This document shows positions 9,951 to 19,446 of a DNA stretch of 39,385 nt, piece after piece. The stretch is from a virus (lineage: Duplodnaviria; Caudoviricetes). The DNA is taken from IMG/VR virus record IMGVR_UViG_3300005758_000262, positions 1 through 39,385 of that record. One strand, given 5' to 3'. Within the stretch, counting starts at the first letter, position 1. Each line of letters begins with the position of its first letter. A model generated the notes under the pieces. The model worked only from the letters and a program-made list of their open reading frames with translations. It did no database searches and was not told the origin of the DNA. Both the position numbers and the translations under genes were made by a program.

Positions 9951-10846
9951 TATACTAATTCTTTAAATGATTTAATTCTTTTATAACCTACATTATACCT
10001 TTGATTATGAGCAGCATCCCATAAAAAACAACATATTCCATTATTATTTAAATCTACAAAATTTTCAAATCTGTCATCAATAAATATGTCTATTTTTGCA
10101 CTTTTCATAACTTCTACTTTAGATTGACCAACAGCTACTGTATAAACAGGAACTTCAGGAAATCCATGTTTTTTAAGCCATTTTTCAGTTATTTCTGTAG
10201 ATACAGGTCTAGATGTTACATAACAAGTAGGTTCAAATGGAATATCTTTTGGGCTTATTCTAGGTTCAAGATTTAAATAGAAATTATCTAATTCATTATT
10301 TTCTTTCATTATTTTAAATCTTTTACTCATCTCCCTATCATAATTCCATTTATCAGGATTTATATCTTCACCCCATTTTTCATGCCATCCTTTAACAAAA
10401 TTACATAATACTTCATCTATATCTAAACCTATTTTAGGTCTTGTTAAATAATCATGATTTCTATCATCGCCTTGTGGATAAATTTTATAGTATTCTAATA
10501 AAGTTATAGCATTCCATGCTACATGTGCCATATGATGTAATCCACTTTCTTCATCTAAATCTTCACCTAATTCCATTTTATTAAGATGCCTTTTTAGACT
10601 ACCTAATACTCTACTCCATTTCATACCTCTTCTCCAATTATTAGGAGCATACTTTTTAGCTCCCATTGTGTAGATTTTAGCAAGCTCATTTAAAGCCCAT
10701 GCTGGTAATAAGTCATGTCTAATTTTATTATCATCATACCTTAAAGCCTTATCTTTAAATTGTTCTTCTTGATTGTCTCTTTCATAATTAGCACATTTAG
10801 CTTTTATCCATTGTACTTGTTCTTCAGGCATATAATATACTTTCAA
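9950..10846 (-). CDS. dATP/dGTP diphosphohydrolase-like (DUF5664) domain fused to a HAD-family 5'(3')-deoxyribonucleotidase-like domain
   Basis: RYDDNKIRHDLLP...GAKKYAPNNWRRG...DEESGLHHMAHVAWNA, then HAD motifs IGLDIDEVL, VTSR and FIDD. Confidence 0.8.
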   Translation of the reverse strand: MKVYYMPEEQVQWIKAKCANYERDNQEEQFKDKALRYDDNKIRHDLLPAWALNELAKIYTMGAKKYAPNNWRRGMKWSRVLGSLKRHLNKMELGEDLDEESGLHHMAHVAWNAITLLEYYKIYPQGDDRNHDYLTRPKIGLDIDEVLCNFVKGWHEKWGEDINPDKWNYDREMSKRFKIMKENNELDNFYLNLEPRISPKDIPFEPTCYVTSRPVSTEITEKWLKKHGFPEVPVYTVAVGQSKVEVMKSAKIDIFIDDRFENFVDLNNNGICCFLWDAAHNQRYNVGYKRIKSFKELV

Positions 10847-11228
10847 TATTAGCTGGGGAATAGTTTTCCCCTTTCAATAATTTACCATCTTCTCTATATA
10901 CAGGCTTACCATTTATACCTAATTTACTCATATTACTTCTATGAACTTCATCAAAACATTCTTCTATTTTATCCTGTAATCCATAAGCTAGTATAGTACC
11001 GTATGTAACATATAGTAAATCACATAATTCTTTAGCTACTTTATCTATATTATAATTCTTTAAATGGTCTGGAGGTGATATTAATTCTTCTTCAACCTCC
11101 TTTGCTTCTTCATGAATTAGATTATTCCTTAATTCTCTAATACTAAATGGAGGTAATGTTGGAATATTACTGTAATATCCTCCAAATTTTTCATGAAATT
11201 CCTTAACTTGCTCAATCTGTTTTAACAT
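10824..11228 (-). CDS. MazG-like nucleoside triphosphate pyrophosphohydrolase
   Basis: VKEFHEKF, LIHEEAKEV, KELCDLLYVTYG, EVHRSNMSKL, REDGKLLKG. Confidence 0.85.
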   Translation of the reverse strand: MLKQIEQVKEFHEKFGGYYSNIPTLPPFSIRELRNNLIHEEAKEVEEELISPPDHLKNYNIDKVAKELCDLLYVTYGTILAYGLQDKIEECFDEVHRSNMSKLGINGKPVYREDGKLLKGENYSPANIESILYA

Positions 11229-11534
11229 CTATTTATTTACAACTATGAAAGTTTTCAATGTAATATCTACCACTCTATCATTATACCATTTAGATTCTTG
11301 CTCTGATAAAGTATTATTAGTAATTTCTTTGTTTTTTTCTTCTTCTATAATGTTCAATGTTTTATGAACATTATCAAATACTCTCCATTCTTTCTTTTTA
11401 CACCATTCATTAGTAGTTTCATATCTTGAATCTAACTCACTAACAAACTGTAGTAATTCTGGTCTTAGATTGAATGCTATTTTTATTCTTTTTATTAAAT
11501 TGTTTATTCTTGTCATATAGTTTAATATATTCAT
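11229..11534 (-). CDS. Hypothetical protein (start may be the second Met at 11516)
   Basis: 101 aa ORF abutting the downstream gene. Confidence 0.6.
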   Translation of the reverse strand: MNILNYMTRINNLIKRIKIAFNLRPELLQFVSELDSRYETTNEWCKKKEWRVFDNVHKTLNIIEEEKNKEITNNTLSEQESKWYNDRVVDITLKTFIVVNK

Positions 11535-11616
11535 TCAATATTTCCTGTTGTCTTATGGTCATTCCATGAAACTCTACATATCCAAATTTAGGATGAGGCA
11601 CTTTTATTATTTCCAT
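11440..11616 (-). CDS. Small hypothetical protein (58 aa, not in ORF track)
   Basis: Hand translation MEIIKVPHPKFGYVEFHGMTIRQQEILNEY...TTVC*; spans the 11535-11587 gap and overlaps both neighbours. Confidence 0.45.
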   Translation of the reverse strand: MEIIKVPHPKFGYVEFHGMTIRQQEILNEYIKLYDKNKQFNKKNKNSIQSKTRITTVC

Positions 11617-12187
11617 TTCTTTTTGTTAAATTTGTATTAATTTCAGGATTATATCTATAAATTTCATCTTCTGCATAAGGTTTGTCCTCTACTTCTACTA
11701 TCCATTTTTCAGCCTCCTCATCACTATAGCCTAACTCCTTAGCTAAATCTGATATTACACTCTTATCTCTGTAAAATATCTTCCATCTTTTTGATAATTT
11801 CCCACTAACAAATTGTGGAATACATTCTTTTACATAAGATTTATCCATTTTAGAGTATTGACCTTCAACAAAAGTATTAATAATATGTTTATATTTATCT
11901 GGTATTTCTAGAACCATCATAATACCATCTTCAACATCATATTCATCTTTAAAATTAGTTAATTGTCTTATTGCATCACAATATTCTTCAAAGTTAGAAT
12001 CTAATTTATTTGGTTTGAATAATAAAAATAAACAACCTTCTAAATCCCATCTTATATCATATTCATTATCTTGAAGAAAAGCATTAACTAAACCCATTTC
12101 TATCAATGCTTTATCCTCTAATCTCAATGCTGGTAGTAAGAATCTCGAAGTTTTGTTATATTTTATTTCTGTTTGTGACTTTAACAA
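11588..12187 (-). CDS. Hypothetical protein
   Basis: 199 aa ORF overlapping the exonuclease stop; no motif recognised. Confidence 0.7.
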   Translation of the reverse strand: MLKSQTEIKYNKTSRFLLPALRLEDKALIEMGLVNAFLQDNEYDIRWDLEGCLFLLFKPNKLDSNFEEYCDAIRQLTNFKDEYDVEDGIMMVLEIPDKYKHIINTFVEGQYSKMDKSYVKECIPQFVSGKLSKRWKIFYRDKSVISDLAKELGYSDEEAEKWIVEVEDKPYAEDEIYRYNPEINTNLTKRNGNNKSASS

Positions 12188-13227
12188 TATTCTAAATTTA
12201 TAACTCCTTCATTTTCAATAATTTCTTTTTCATATGTCCAGCTATTATTTTCTTTGCACCAAATATATTCATCTATTAGTTGACTAAATCCTTTATAATA
12301 CTTATTATTTAAATAAAAACCATCCATACCATTAGATAAAAATTTATCTGAACATTTATATAATAAAGGAAAACCCTGTGTTTTAGTGGATTCTACAATA
12401 AATGTAAATGGTAATATTGTATAATCTTTAAATTTAGACCAATAATCATCATTTGACTTATTTATAAGCCAATACAGAGCACTTGTATAGAAACTAGCCT
12501 GTATGTCATATCTGAAAGATAATGCGCTAGAATTGAAGCTAAATGTGCTTTTTCCAGTAGTTTTAAGGTCAAATATCTGAATTGTCTTCTCTTGATGATT
12601 GACAAATATCATATCTAGCTTAGATTTACATTTTTGACCTTTAGCTTCCCAATATATTTCTAATTGATTAATTCTTTCTAAAGACCAATCCTTAATGGAA
12701 CTAAAATCATTATTATTTTGGAAATATTTAGAAGTAAATCTATTAGTTTTTAAACTTTCAACTATTTTAGTAGCTAATTCATATTGAGAATTTGTTAAAA
12801 TTTGTTTATTATTAACACTTTTTTCATATTCTTGTTTATCAAATAACCATTTATCATAGTCTTTATACTTTTCACAATATTCACTAATTACTGAATCTAA
12901 AGATTTTCTTTTAAATCCTACATAATCATAAGCCATTTGTTCAGCTACAGAATCTTCATATTCTTTACTATAATATTCTGAAAGTTTATCAGCAAAATCT
13001 TTCATTTGCCCTGTAGGTATATTATCACAAGTTTCTTGAAATTCTAAGGCATAAATATCCCAAAATTTCTCTGGTTCTGTAAGTAATGCATCCACTGCTC
13101 CACCAATAATAAAATGTTCTTTTTCTTCAGATTCTTGTTCTTGAACATATTTTAAATAAGCTGGTCCAACAGATAAATTACGTAATAAACTATAACTTAT
13201 AGCATCTGTATTAAAATAATCACTCAT
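12181..13227 (-). CDS. PD-(D/E)xK exonuclease, RecE/exonuclease VIII-like
   Basis: ISYSLL, IGGAVDALLTEP, CKSKLDMI...IFDLKTT, YDIQASFY. Confidence 0.8.
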   Translation of the reverse strand: MSDYFNTDAISYSLLRNLSVGPAYLKYVQEQESEEKEHFIIGGAVDALLTEPEKFWDIYALEFQETCDNIPTGQMKDFADKLSEYYSKEYEDSVAEQMAYDYVGFKRKSLDSVISEYCEKYKDYDKWLFDKQEYEKSVNNKQILTNSQYELATKIVESLKTNRFTSKYFQNNNDFSSIKDWSLERINQLEIYWEAKGQKCKSKLDMIFVNHQEKTIQIFDLKTTGKSTFSFNSSALSFRYDIQASFYTSALYWLINKSNDDYWSKFKDYTILPFTFIVESTKTQGFPLLYKCSDKFLSNGMDGFYLNNKYYKGFSQLIDEYIWCKENNSWTYEKEIIENEGVINLEYC

Positions 13228-13394
13228 TAACTTGTTTTTACAGAAATTATTCTCTCGCCTGGTAGTAAGAAATAAGTCCTGATATTCTCTTTTAAATGCT
13301 TTTCAATAGCTTTTTTAGTCCCATCTCTATTAGTTTCTATAATTATTTCAACTGTAATTTGTTTATCTAAGTTTTGCTCATCTGTTATATTCAT
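13227..13394 (-). CDS. Small hypothetical protein (55 aa, not in ORF track)
   Basis: MNITDEQNLDKQITVEIIIETNRDG...ISVKTS*; TAATG stop/start overlaps at both ends fill the gap exactly. Confidence 0.75.
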   Translation of the reverse strand: MNITDEQNLDKQITVEIIIETNRDGTKKAIEKHLKENIRTYFLLPGERIISVKTS

Positions 13395-13597
13395 TATTCC
13401 TTATATTTTTGAATAATTTGTTGTTCAACTTCTTCAATATTTTCATTATGTTCTAATAAACCATCTACACTATTCCATATTACAGATTGACCTTCAAATT
13501 CTGAATCATAAATTGTAAATTCATGAATTCCATTATAAATTCCCTTATACCAAAAATCTGTAGCAAAAGCTGTTTCTTCTATTTCAATTTTATCCAT
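13394..13597 (-). CDS. Small acidic hypothetical protein
   Basis: 67 aa ORF coupled to neighbours. Confidence 0.65.
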   Translation of the reverse strand: MDKIEIEETAFATDFWYKGIYNGIHEFTIYDSEFEGQSVIWNSVDGLLEHNENIEEVEQQIIQKYKE

Positions 13598-14013
13598 ACA
13601 CCTGGATTCTTTTTGTCTATACTATACCATTTGTTATTCTTTTTATAAGGAATTGGTATTATATAGTTCATGTTATCATCTGGGATAATATCATGTGCAG
13701 ATAATAGGTCAAGAATAATTTGATTTGCATTATTAAAGTCAAATGCTCTGTTACTATCTCTGACAAAATGAAAATATATTTCCACAGGATATTGTATGCT
13801 TTTCAAATATTCACGTAATTCATCTGTTTTTTTTCTAAATTCATTATCTTTTGTCTTATATTCATCAACAGTCTTCTTAGAAGCTGAGTATTTTAATATA
13901 CCCAAACTTCTAAGATATTTCATGACTGTTTTAGATGGGAATATACCTCTTGAGGTTTTTATTTTACTATTCTTCAAACTTGGTACATTCCCATTTATAA
14001 AAATTTCTATCAA
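13579..14013 (-). CDS. RusA-like Holliday junction resolvase
   Basis: GNVPSLKNS N-terminus and RAFDFNNANQIILDLL...IIPDDN pattern (D-x-x-N...D...DD). Confidence 0.65.
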   Translation of the reverse strand: MIEIFINGNVPSLKNSKIKTSRGIFPSKTVMKYLRSLGILKYSASKKTVDEYKTKDNEFRKKTDELREYLKSIQYPVEIYFHFVRDSNRAFDFNNANQIILDLLSAHDIIPDDNMNYIIPIPYKKNNKWYSIDKKNPGVWIKLK

Positions 14014-14034
14014 TATTTTATTGATTTAATATTT

Positions 14035-14250
14035 TCAATCAAATAAATCACCATCTAGTAAATCTCCAAGAATTCCTCCTGTCATGCTACCTCCTAATAA
14101 ACCACCTAATAATGCAGAATCAGTAGCTAAACCAATTAATGAAGATACTAAGAATGAATTATCTTCATCTACTCTTAATAGGCCTTTTTTACTACAATTA
14201 TGTGTGGTTTCCCAACTCATTATTTCTTCTCTACAATGTTTACAGTACAT
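14035..14250 (-). CDS. Small protein with an N-terminal CxxC...HxC and a C-terminal glycine-zipper-like tail
   Basis: MYCKHC...THNC, then LLGGLLGGSMTGGILGDLLDGDLFD. Confidence 0.7.
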   Translation of the reverse strand: MYCKHCREEIMSWETTHNCSKKGLLRVDEDNSFLVSSLIGLATDSALLGGLLGGSMTGGILGDLLDGDLFD

Positions 14251-14261
14251 AAAATGTTTGT

Positions 14262-15869
14262 TTAATAAATTGTATTTATTCCTGATGATTCAAATATAAA
14301 TTTAGCATCTTCTCTAAATTCTATTTTACCTAAACCATCACCTTTTTCAAGAGCTTCTTTAGATTGTTGTTTTTTAAAATTACAATAATCTATCAAATAA
14401 TTTGCTACATTGTTACTATAATCATTTTCATAAAAAGATTTGAAGAAATAATTCTTATAACATGATAATATACTTTCTAAAGTATAAGGTACTTCATCTC
14501 TTAATATTTCATTAGTAAATTGTTCAGCAAATTGTATAATAGCAGAAGTTATAAATAACCAGTTACTTACTTTAGTAAAATTAAATGTTGGTGTATGATT
14601 TCTAAATTCAATTGTTTGTCTTGTTGAAAACAAATAATTATTTAGATTAAGCCATACATATCTAGCGCTGTAATTCCATTTATCCATTTCACCTTTAGGA
14701 TGTCTTAGTGTATGTAAATTCCATTCTTGATTTGTAGAATTTACTGTTTGATCACTAGCCCACCAATAAATTGCATCAAATGCTTTTTTAATTTTTTCTT
14801 TAGCTCTGGTTGGTGTTAATTGTTCTTTAAAATCAAATCTACCCAATTCAAGATTAGGTAATTTTTGACAATAATTCTTATGAAATCCATATTTTTCAGG
14901 ATTGGTTTTGTAATCAGGGAACATTAGAAATACTTCATCTTGTATGTTATAAGCTAATTTATATAAAGCTACTACAAACTCTTCTGTTCTCTTATTTAAT
15001 CCTCCAATATGTATATGCATTGAACATTTATGATTAAAATCACATCTTTTAGTTAATTCTTTACATTGTAGTTTAATAGTTTCTAATCCAGCTTCACCTG
15101 CTAAAGGTATTGTAGTATATTCATAAGGTTCTGTACCATCTTCATGTCTTAGACTACCATCTTTTAATGGTACTATACCTAGTGGGGCTAATAATTGTGG
15201 TGGTATAAAACCTGTATATGACTCATATTCAATACCAAACGAGTAATTTCCAAATAATTTAGTAGCTTGTGTAGTACTTGGACTATAGGGTAATTTATAC
15301 TTAATTTTATTGTACTCTTGAATTATATTCAAAAATTGCTTATTATTATTATCAGCATTATAATTAAGTTTTTTACCTCCATCATATTTATAGACAGCTT
15401 TTTTTTGTAAAGTTCTTTTATCACCGATTGTTTTAGGTACATAACAACCTGTTCCAAAATACTCTAAATACCCCATTTTTTCAGCTACTTCAACATTTAG
15501 GCATGGTGTACCCATTGTATGTTTAGTCATATGAGAATCACAAATTACTGTATTGGTATAAGGATTAAGATTAAAATAACCTCTATTACCTTGTTCATCA
15601 ATAATACCCTCTACCAAATCAGGATTTTCTCTTAGTTTTTTTGTTAATTCCCATTTTTTAGATTCATAATTATAAGCTATTCTACCAGTATTTTTTCTAG
15701 TCCATTTAAATTCACCCTTTTCATTTTCAACTAAAAAACAATCTACATCTACCTCATAATATTGACCATCTATTCTTTTACATTTATCACGGGCTACTTC
15801 CCTACCATCAAAAGTAGTGACATTTTTTACAACTTTAGTAAATTCAATCATATCTTTTTTTCTTGCCAT
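14262..15869 (-). CDS. Putative amidoligase (COOH-NH2 ligase superfamily, Amidoligase_2-like) with an N-terminal extension
   Basis: FGIEYES, DGSL, EYTT, CSMHIHIG, RYVWLNL and TIEFR motifs in canonical order. Confidence 0.85.
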   Translation of the reverse strand: MARKKDMIEFTKVVKNVTTFDGREVARDKCKRIDGQYYEVDVDCFLVENEKGEFKWTRKNTGRIAYNYESKKWELTKKLRENPDLVEGIIDEQGNRGYFNLNPYTNTVICDSHMTKHTMGTPCLNVEVAEKMGYLEYFGTGCYVPKTIGDKRTLQKKAVYKYDGGKKLNYNADNNNKQFLNIIQEYNKIKYKLPYSPSTTQATKLFGNYSFGIEYESYTGFIPPQLLAPLGIVPLKDGSLRHEDGTEPYEYTTIPLAGEAGLETIKLQCKELTKRCDFNHKCSMHIHIGGLNKRTEEFVVALYKLAYNIQDEVFLMFPDYKTNPEKYGFHKNYCQKLPNLELGRFDFKEQLTPTRAKEKIKKAFDAIYWWASDQTVNSTNQEWNLHTLRHPKGEMDKWNYSARYVWLNLNNYLFSTRQTIEFRNHTPTFNFTKVSNWLFITSAIIQFAEQFTNEILRDEVPYTLESILSCYKNYFFKSFYENDYSNNVANYLIDYCNFKKQQSKEALEKGDGLGKIEFREDAKFIFESSGINTIY

Positions 15870-15870
15870 T

Positions 15871-17631
15871 TTAACTATATAAAGGACCTAATTCCTTAGT
15901 TTTAGTAAATGATTGTTTATTCTCTTCTTTATCTAATATTTCCACCTGTTTAGACACTGAATTATAAAATCCTCCTAAAATATTAAATAATGTTTTGTAT
16001 TTTGATTCATCTTTAACATCTTTCATTTTATCTAATGTAGAATTAATAGAAGACATTACATCTTGTGCATGATTCACAATATCTTCATTTAAATCACTAC
16101 TTACTTCAACTTTTTGAAGAACTTGTGGTAAAGATATTATTTTTGGGTTAATGACACCCTCAAATTTCTTTATAGTTTCAAATCTTTCTGAGGGAGTTAT
16201 TCCAAATTTTACTGAATTTAAACCACCTGATATGAAATTAAATTTTCTATCATAATCAAACATTGGAATAAAATCACCATTAGCCCAGTAAGAACCTTTC
16301 ATTTGTGCTCTTTGTGTAGTATCTTTGAAATTAGCACACCAACCAAACACATGTTCTTTTAATAGACCTGTATTAATTAATCCTTTCTCTTTATTTTCCC
16401 AAATTCTACCTGATTGAGATAATTCATCTATTTCTTTTGCACTTTCTTTTGATAATAATAAAAATCCATGAAAGAAATAATAAGTATCTATACTTTCTGT
16501 ATCACATGATGTATTACCTTTAGGATAACCATCTATATCAAGTTCTAAAGAAACACAGGTTTCATATTTACCTACAAGATGACCATTTCTCCAATATCTT
16601 CCTCTATGGAAGTATATTTTATCTGTTATTTTTTGTTGATCAAAATAATAAGGTTCATTATCAACAATAGGTTTTCCTGCTGTAGTATTAATAGATACAT
16701 TTCTCCATTTAGTTACAGGATAACCTTCAAACATCTTCATAAGCTTTTCACGAGCTGTTGTATCTGTTTTTCCTGAAGGTTTATATGAACTATAAGATGA
16801 GTAATTAGTATTACTATATCCATAAACACTACTGTTAGTAATAGTCCTTTCAATTTTTCTCATTTTTAGTTTTTCACCAGGTTTAATTGTAACTAACATA
16901 TTAGCTTGTAAACTAAATACTGTAGGCTCTTTGTCTGTATGTTCTTTACTAAATCCTGGTTCACCACCTATCGCGTATAATGATTCCTTAATTGATGAAA
17001 AGTAGTAGTTATCAGTAAATTTACCTTTTGAATCTTTAACTCTATAAATAAACAAAGGTCTTTCTTCTTCTAAAGTTTCTGTACCAGCATATTTTTTAGA
17101 TGCTCCTTTCCATAAATACATTGTATTAGGTTCATCTACATAATACCATGCTAATGCAGCAGCACCTTCATAATCTTTTAATACATTAAAGTATTTTGGA
17201 TCATATTTAGCTTTAGCAAGAATAGATAATATTGTTTGAGAATCAACTTTTTCTTCTTTAACTTTATATTCTTTAGCTATTTCATCTTCATTACTAATAA
17301 ATCCATTATGAACACCAATTAATACAGTTTTACCTTTTTTATTTCTAATTACAAAAGGGTGAGCACAGTCTATATCATCTTTAGTAGATTTTACACTTGC
17401 ATTTCTTGTATGAATTAAAACATTATAGTTATTGTGTTTTTCATGTGTTGATAAATTCTTTTTTTCAATAAAATTTGTAAAATTAGCATCTTCTTTAACT
17501 CCTTTACATACTTTATCATTAATTACAATACCACATGAATCTGTTCCTCTAGTTACATTATAAATACCAAGTATTTTTAATTTATCAATGTTTGCTGGTT
17601 CATTACCAATATATCCTGAAAGTCCACACAT
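15871..17631 (-). CDS. Class II (Ntn) glutamine amidotransferase with a long C-terminal extension
   Basis: N-terminal MCG, RGTDSCG, HTRNAS, AHPF, HNGFI, VDSQ. Confidence 0.9.
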   Translation of the reverse strand: MCGLSGYIGNEPANIDKLKILGIYNVTRGTDSCGIVINDKVCKGVKEDANFTNFIEKKNLSTHEKHNNYNVLIHTRNASVKSTKDDIDCAHPFVIRNKKGKTVLIGVHNGFISNEDEIAKEYKVKEEKVDSQTILSILAKAKYDPKYFNVLKDYEGAAALAWYYVDEPNTMYLWKGASKKYAGTETLEEERPLFIYRVKDSKGKFTDNYYFSSIKESLYAIGGEPGFSKEHTDKEPTVFSLQANMLVTIKPGEKLKMRKIERTITNSSVYGYSNTNYSSYSSYKPSGKTDTTAREKLMKMFEGYPVTKWRNVSINTTAGKPIVDNEPYYFDQQKITDKIYFHRGRYWRNGHLVGKYETCVSLELDIDGYPKGNTSCDTESIDTYYFFHGFLLLSKESAKEIDELSQSGRIWENKEKGLINTGLLKEHVFGWCANFKDTTQRAQMKGSYWANGDFIPMFDYDRKFNFISGGLNSVKFGITPSERFETIKKFEGVINPKIISLPQVLQKVEVSSDLNEDIVNHAQDVMSSINSTLDKMKDVKDESKYKTLFNILGGFYNSVSKQVEILDKEENKQSFTKTKELGPLYS

Positions 17632-17688
17632 TAATTTAATGTTTTATTTATTAATTTAATTATTTCATTATAATAATAATCACTGCCT

Positions 17689-17928
17689 TTATTCATTTTC
17701 TATTGTAATTTTACCAGAAAATAATGTACAAGTATTAATATCCCATTCACCTAATCTTTGTACTGATTTTCTAGGTTTTGGGTAAATAATAGCCACTTTT
17801 CTCTTAGTGTTGTTTAAAATATTCGGTTTAGTTAAAATTAAACCAATAGAATTATTAGAAGATTTAATTATTTCTCCAGGTTCACCAGAAGGTTTTAAAT
17901 CTTTTGTATCTTTAATTGTTACTTTCAT
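17689..17928 (-). CDS. Hypothetical protein
   Basis: 79 aa ORF between the ATP-grasp and GATase genes. Confidence 0.65.
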   Translation of the reverse strand: MKVTIKDTKDLKPSGEPGEIIKSSNNSIGLILTKPNILNNTKRKVAIIYPKPRKSVQRLGEWDINTCTLFSGKITIENE

Positions 17929-17933
17929 TGTAT

Positions 17934-18764
17934 TTATAGCTTATTTTGTATTATTTTAACAATTTGTTCGTAATATGCTTCAGAACCTATATTAGACAAC
18001 GCAGGAGCAGAATTAGTTTCTAGAACAATATATTCACAAGTTTTTCTTTTATTTCCATCTTTATCTTCAGAACTTTGAACTCTAACATCTACCGCACATA
18101 TATCTAAACCTACTGCTTTACAAGCTTTAATACAATCTTGTTGTATTTCTTCCCAATTAATAGGTTTATCAAATAATGGATTTTCTTCACCTATCCATAC
18201 ACAATTATCGGAGTTAAAATACCATCTATCTTTAGCATCATTTTTACGAAGTTTTCTCCAAGATAAAAAATTACCATTTTGTGTTACATGTAATCTATAT
18301 TCTCTAGCATAGTTATAATATTCTTCAAATATATAGTTATTTAAATCTTTACCTTTCATCCATGTTTCTAAAGATTTGTGGTCTTTATGTAGAGTATTAC
18401 CAGCACCACCTTGACCAAATAATGATTTAGATATTATAGGATATGATAAGTCTCCTCTTTCAATTATTGTTTTATTAGCTTCCCAAGTATACCAATTCGC
18501 AGTTTTAACATCATTATTAGTAAAAGCTTCTTTCATTTCTCTTTTATTACGAGATATTTCAATAGCTTCTGTTTTGTTAATTTCTAATATATCTTGTCTG
18601 GATGTTATCTCTTCAATTGGAGTTAAACTACCTAATCTAACTATTATTGGTTTTGAATAAAACGTATTATATAACTTATCTCTTAATTTATCAGCAGTAA
18701 AATTTTTAGTTCTTAATCTTACTCTAAATTTTGTTATTTGTTTTTTAACAGCTTTCTTCAACAT
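17934..18764 (-). CDS. ATP-grasp ligase (RimK-like, phiEco32-type)
   Basis: IVRLGS, YPIISK...GQGGAG, EYRLHV, VGLDICAVDV, LETNSAPAL. Start placed at MLKKAV (18764) rather than 18815 to minimise overlap with the upstream gene. Confidence 0.85.
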   Translation of the reverse strand: MLKKAVKKQITKFRVRLRTKNFTADKLRDKLYNTFYSKPIIVRLGSLTPIEEITSRQDILEINKTEAIEISRNKREMKEAFTNNDVKTANWYTWEANKTIIERGDLSYPIISKSLFGQGGAGNTLHKDHKSLETWMKGKDLNNYIFEEYYNYAREYRLHVTQNGNFLSWRKLRKNDAKDRWYFNSDNCVWIGEENPLFDKPINWEEIQQDCIKACKAVGLDICAVDVRVQSSEDKDGNKRKTCEYIVLETNSAPALSNIGSEAYYEQIVKIIQNKL

Positions 18765-19446
18765 GTTTTTTCTTTCTTTTGTATAAATGTATATTAGAAA
18801 ATATACCAGATTCATGTACTTTGTTTGATGTTGTTAATTCAGACCAATCACACTGATCTAATTCACCCTCATCATTTAATAAATGTAATAATAAGTGTTT
18901 ATTACCTGTTATATAATATAATCCTTCTGTATCAAAATATGGACTATTTATTTTGTTTATATTTGATATATAACTATCTAAATCTCCATTATACCAAAGT
19001 CCTATTCTACATAATAATGTAAATAAACTTAATAAATAAGGTTTTTCAATCCATTGCTTAGAGAATAAAATAACTAACTTATTATCATCACATGTTACTG
19101 TGCTTAATTCATATTCTCTTAATATTTCAATCTCATTTAAAAAAGCCTGTAAATTTACACCTAATTCCTCTAAATTTTCAATTATTGGTTCATATTTATT
19201 ATTAAATAAATAAGGATACATACATAATTTCAATACATCTTGTTTATTTATAATTCCCTGATAATTAGATTTTTGATGATAAATCTCCATTTCTTTTTGT
19301 GTAAGTTCAGACCATACAATATCTTGTAAAAAATCTTTACAACAAACACCTAAATGTATGCCTTCATAATCGTCATTTAAAAATTGAAAAGCCCATCCAT
19401 CATGCTTTCCATTATAAGTTTTTCCGTATTCTTTTAATTTTACCAT
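18745..19446 (-). CDS. Hypothetical protein coupled to the ATP-grasp gene
   Basis: 233 aa ORF containing GVCCKDFLQD; overlaps both neighbours. Confidence 0.7.
   Translation of the reverse strand: MVKLKEYGKTYNGKHDGWAFQFLNDDYEGIHLGVCCKDFLQDIVWSELTQKEMEIYHQKSNYQGIINKQDVLKLCMYPYLFNNKYEPIIENLEELGVNLQAFLNEIEILREYELSTVTCDDNKLVILFSKQWIEKPYLLSLFTLLCRIGLWYNGDLDSYISNINKINSPYFDTEGLYYITGNKHLLLHLLNDEGELDQCDWSELTTSNKVHESGIFSNIHLYKRKKKHVEESC

Noticed and set aside
9950-11228. 2-aminoadenine (Z) or uracil-substituted genome
   Set aside because: No purZ in the window, and an intact Ung argues against uracil DNA; this cannot be settled without the rest of the genome.
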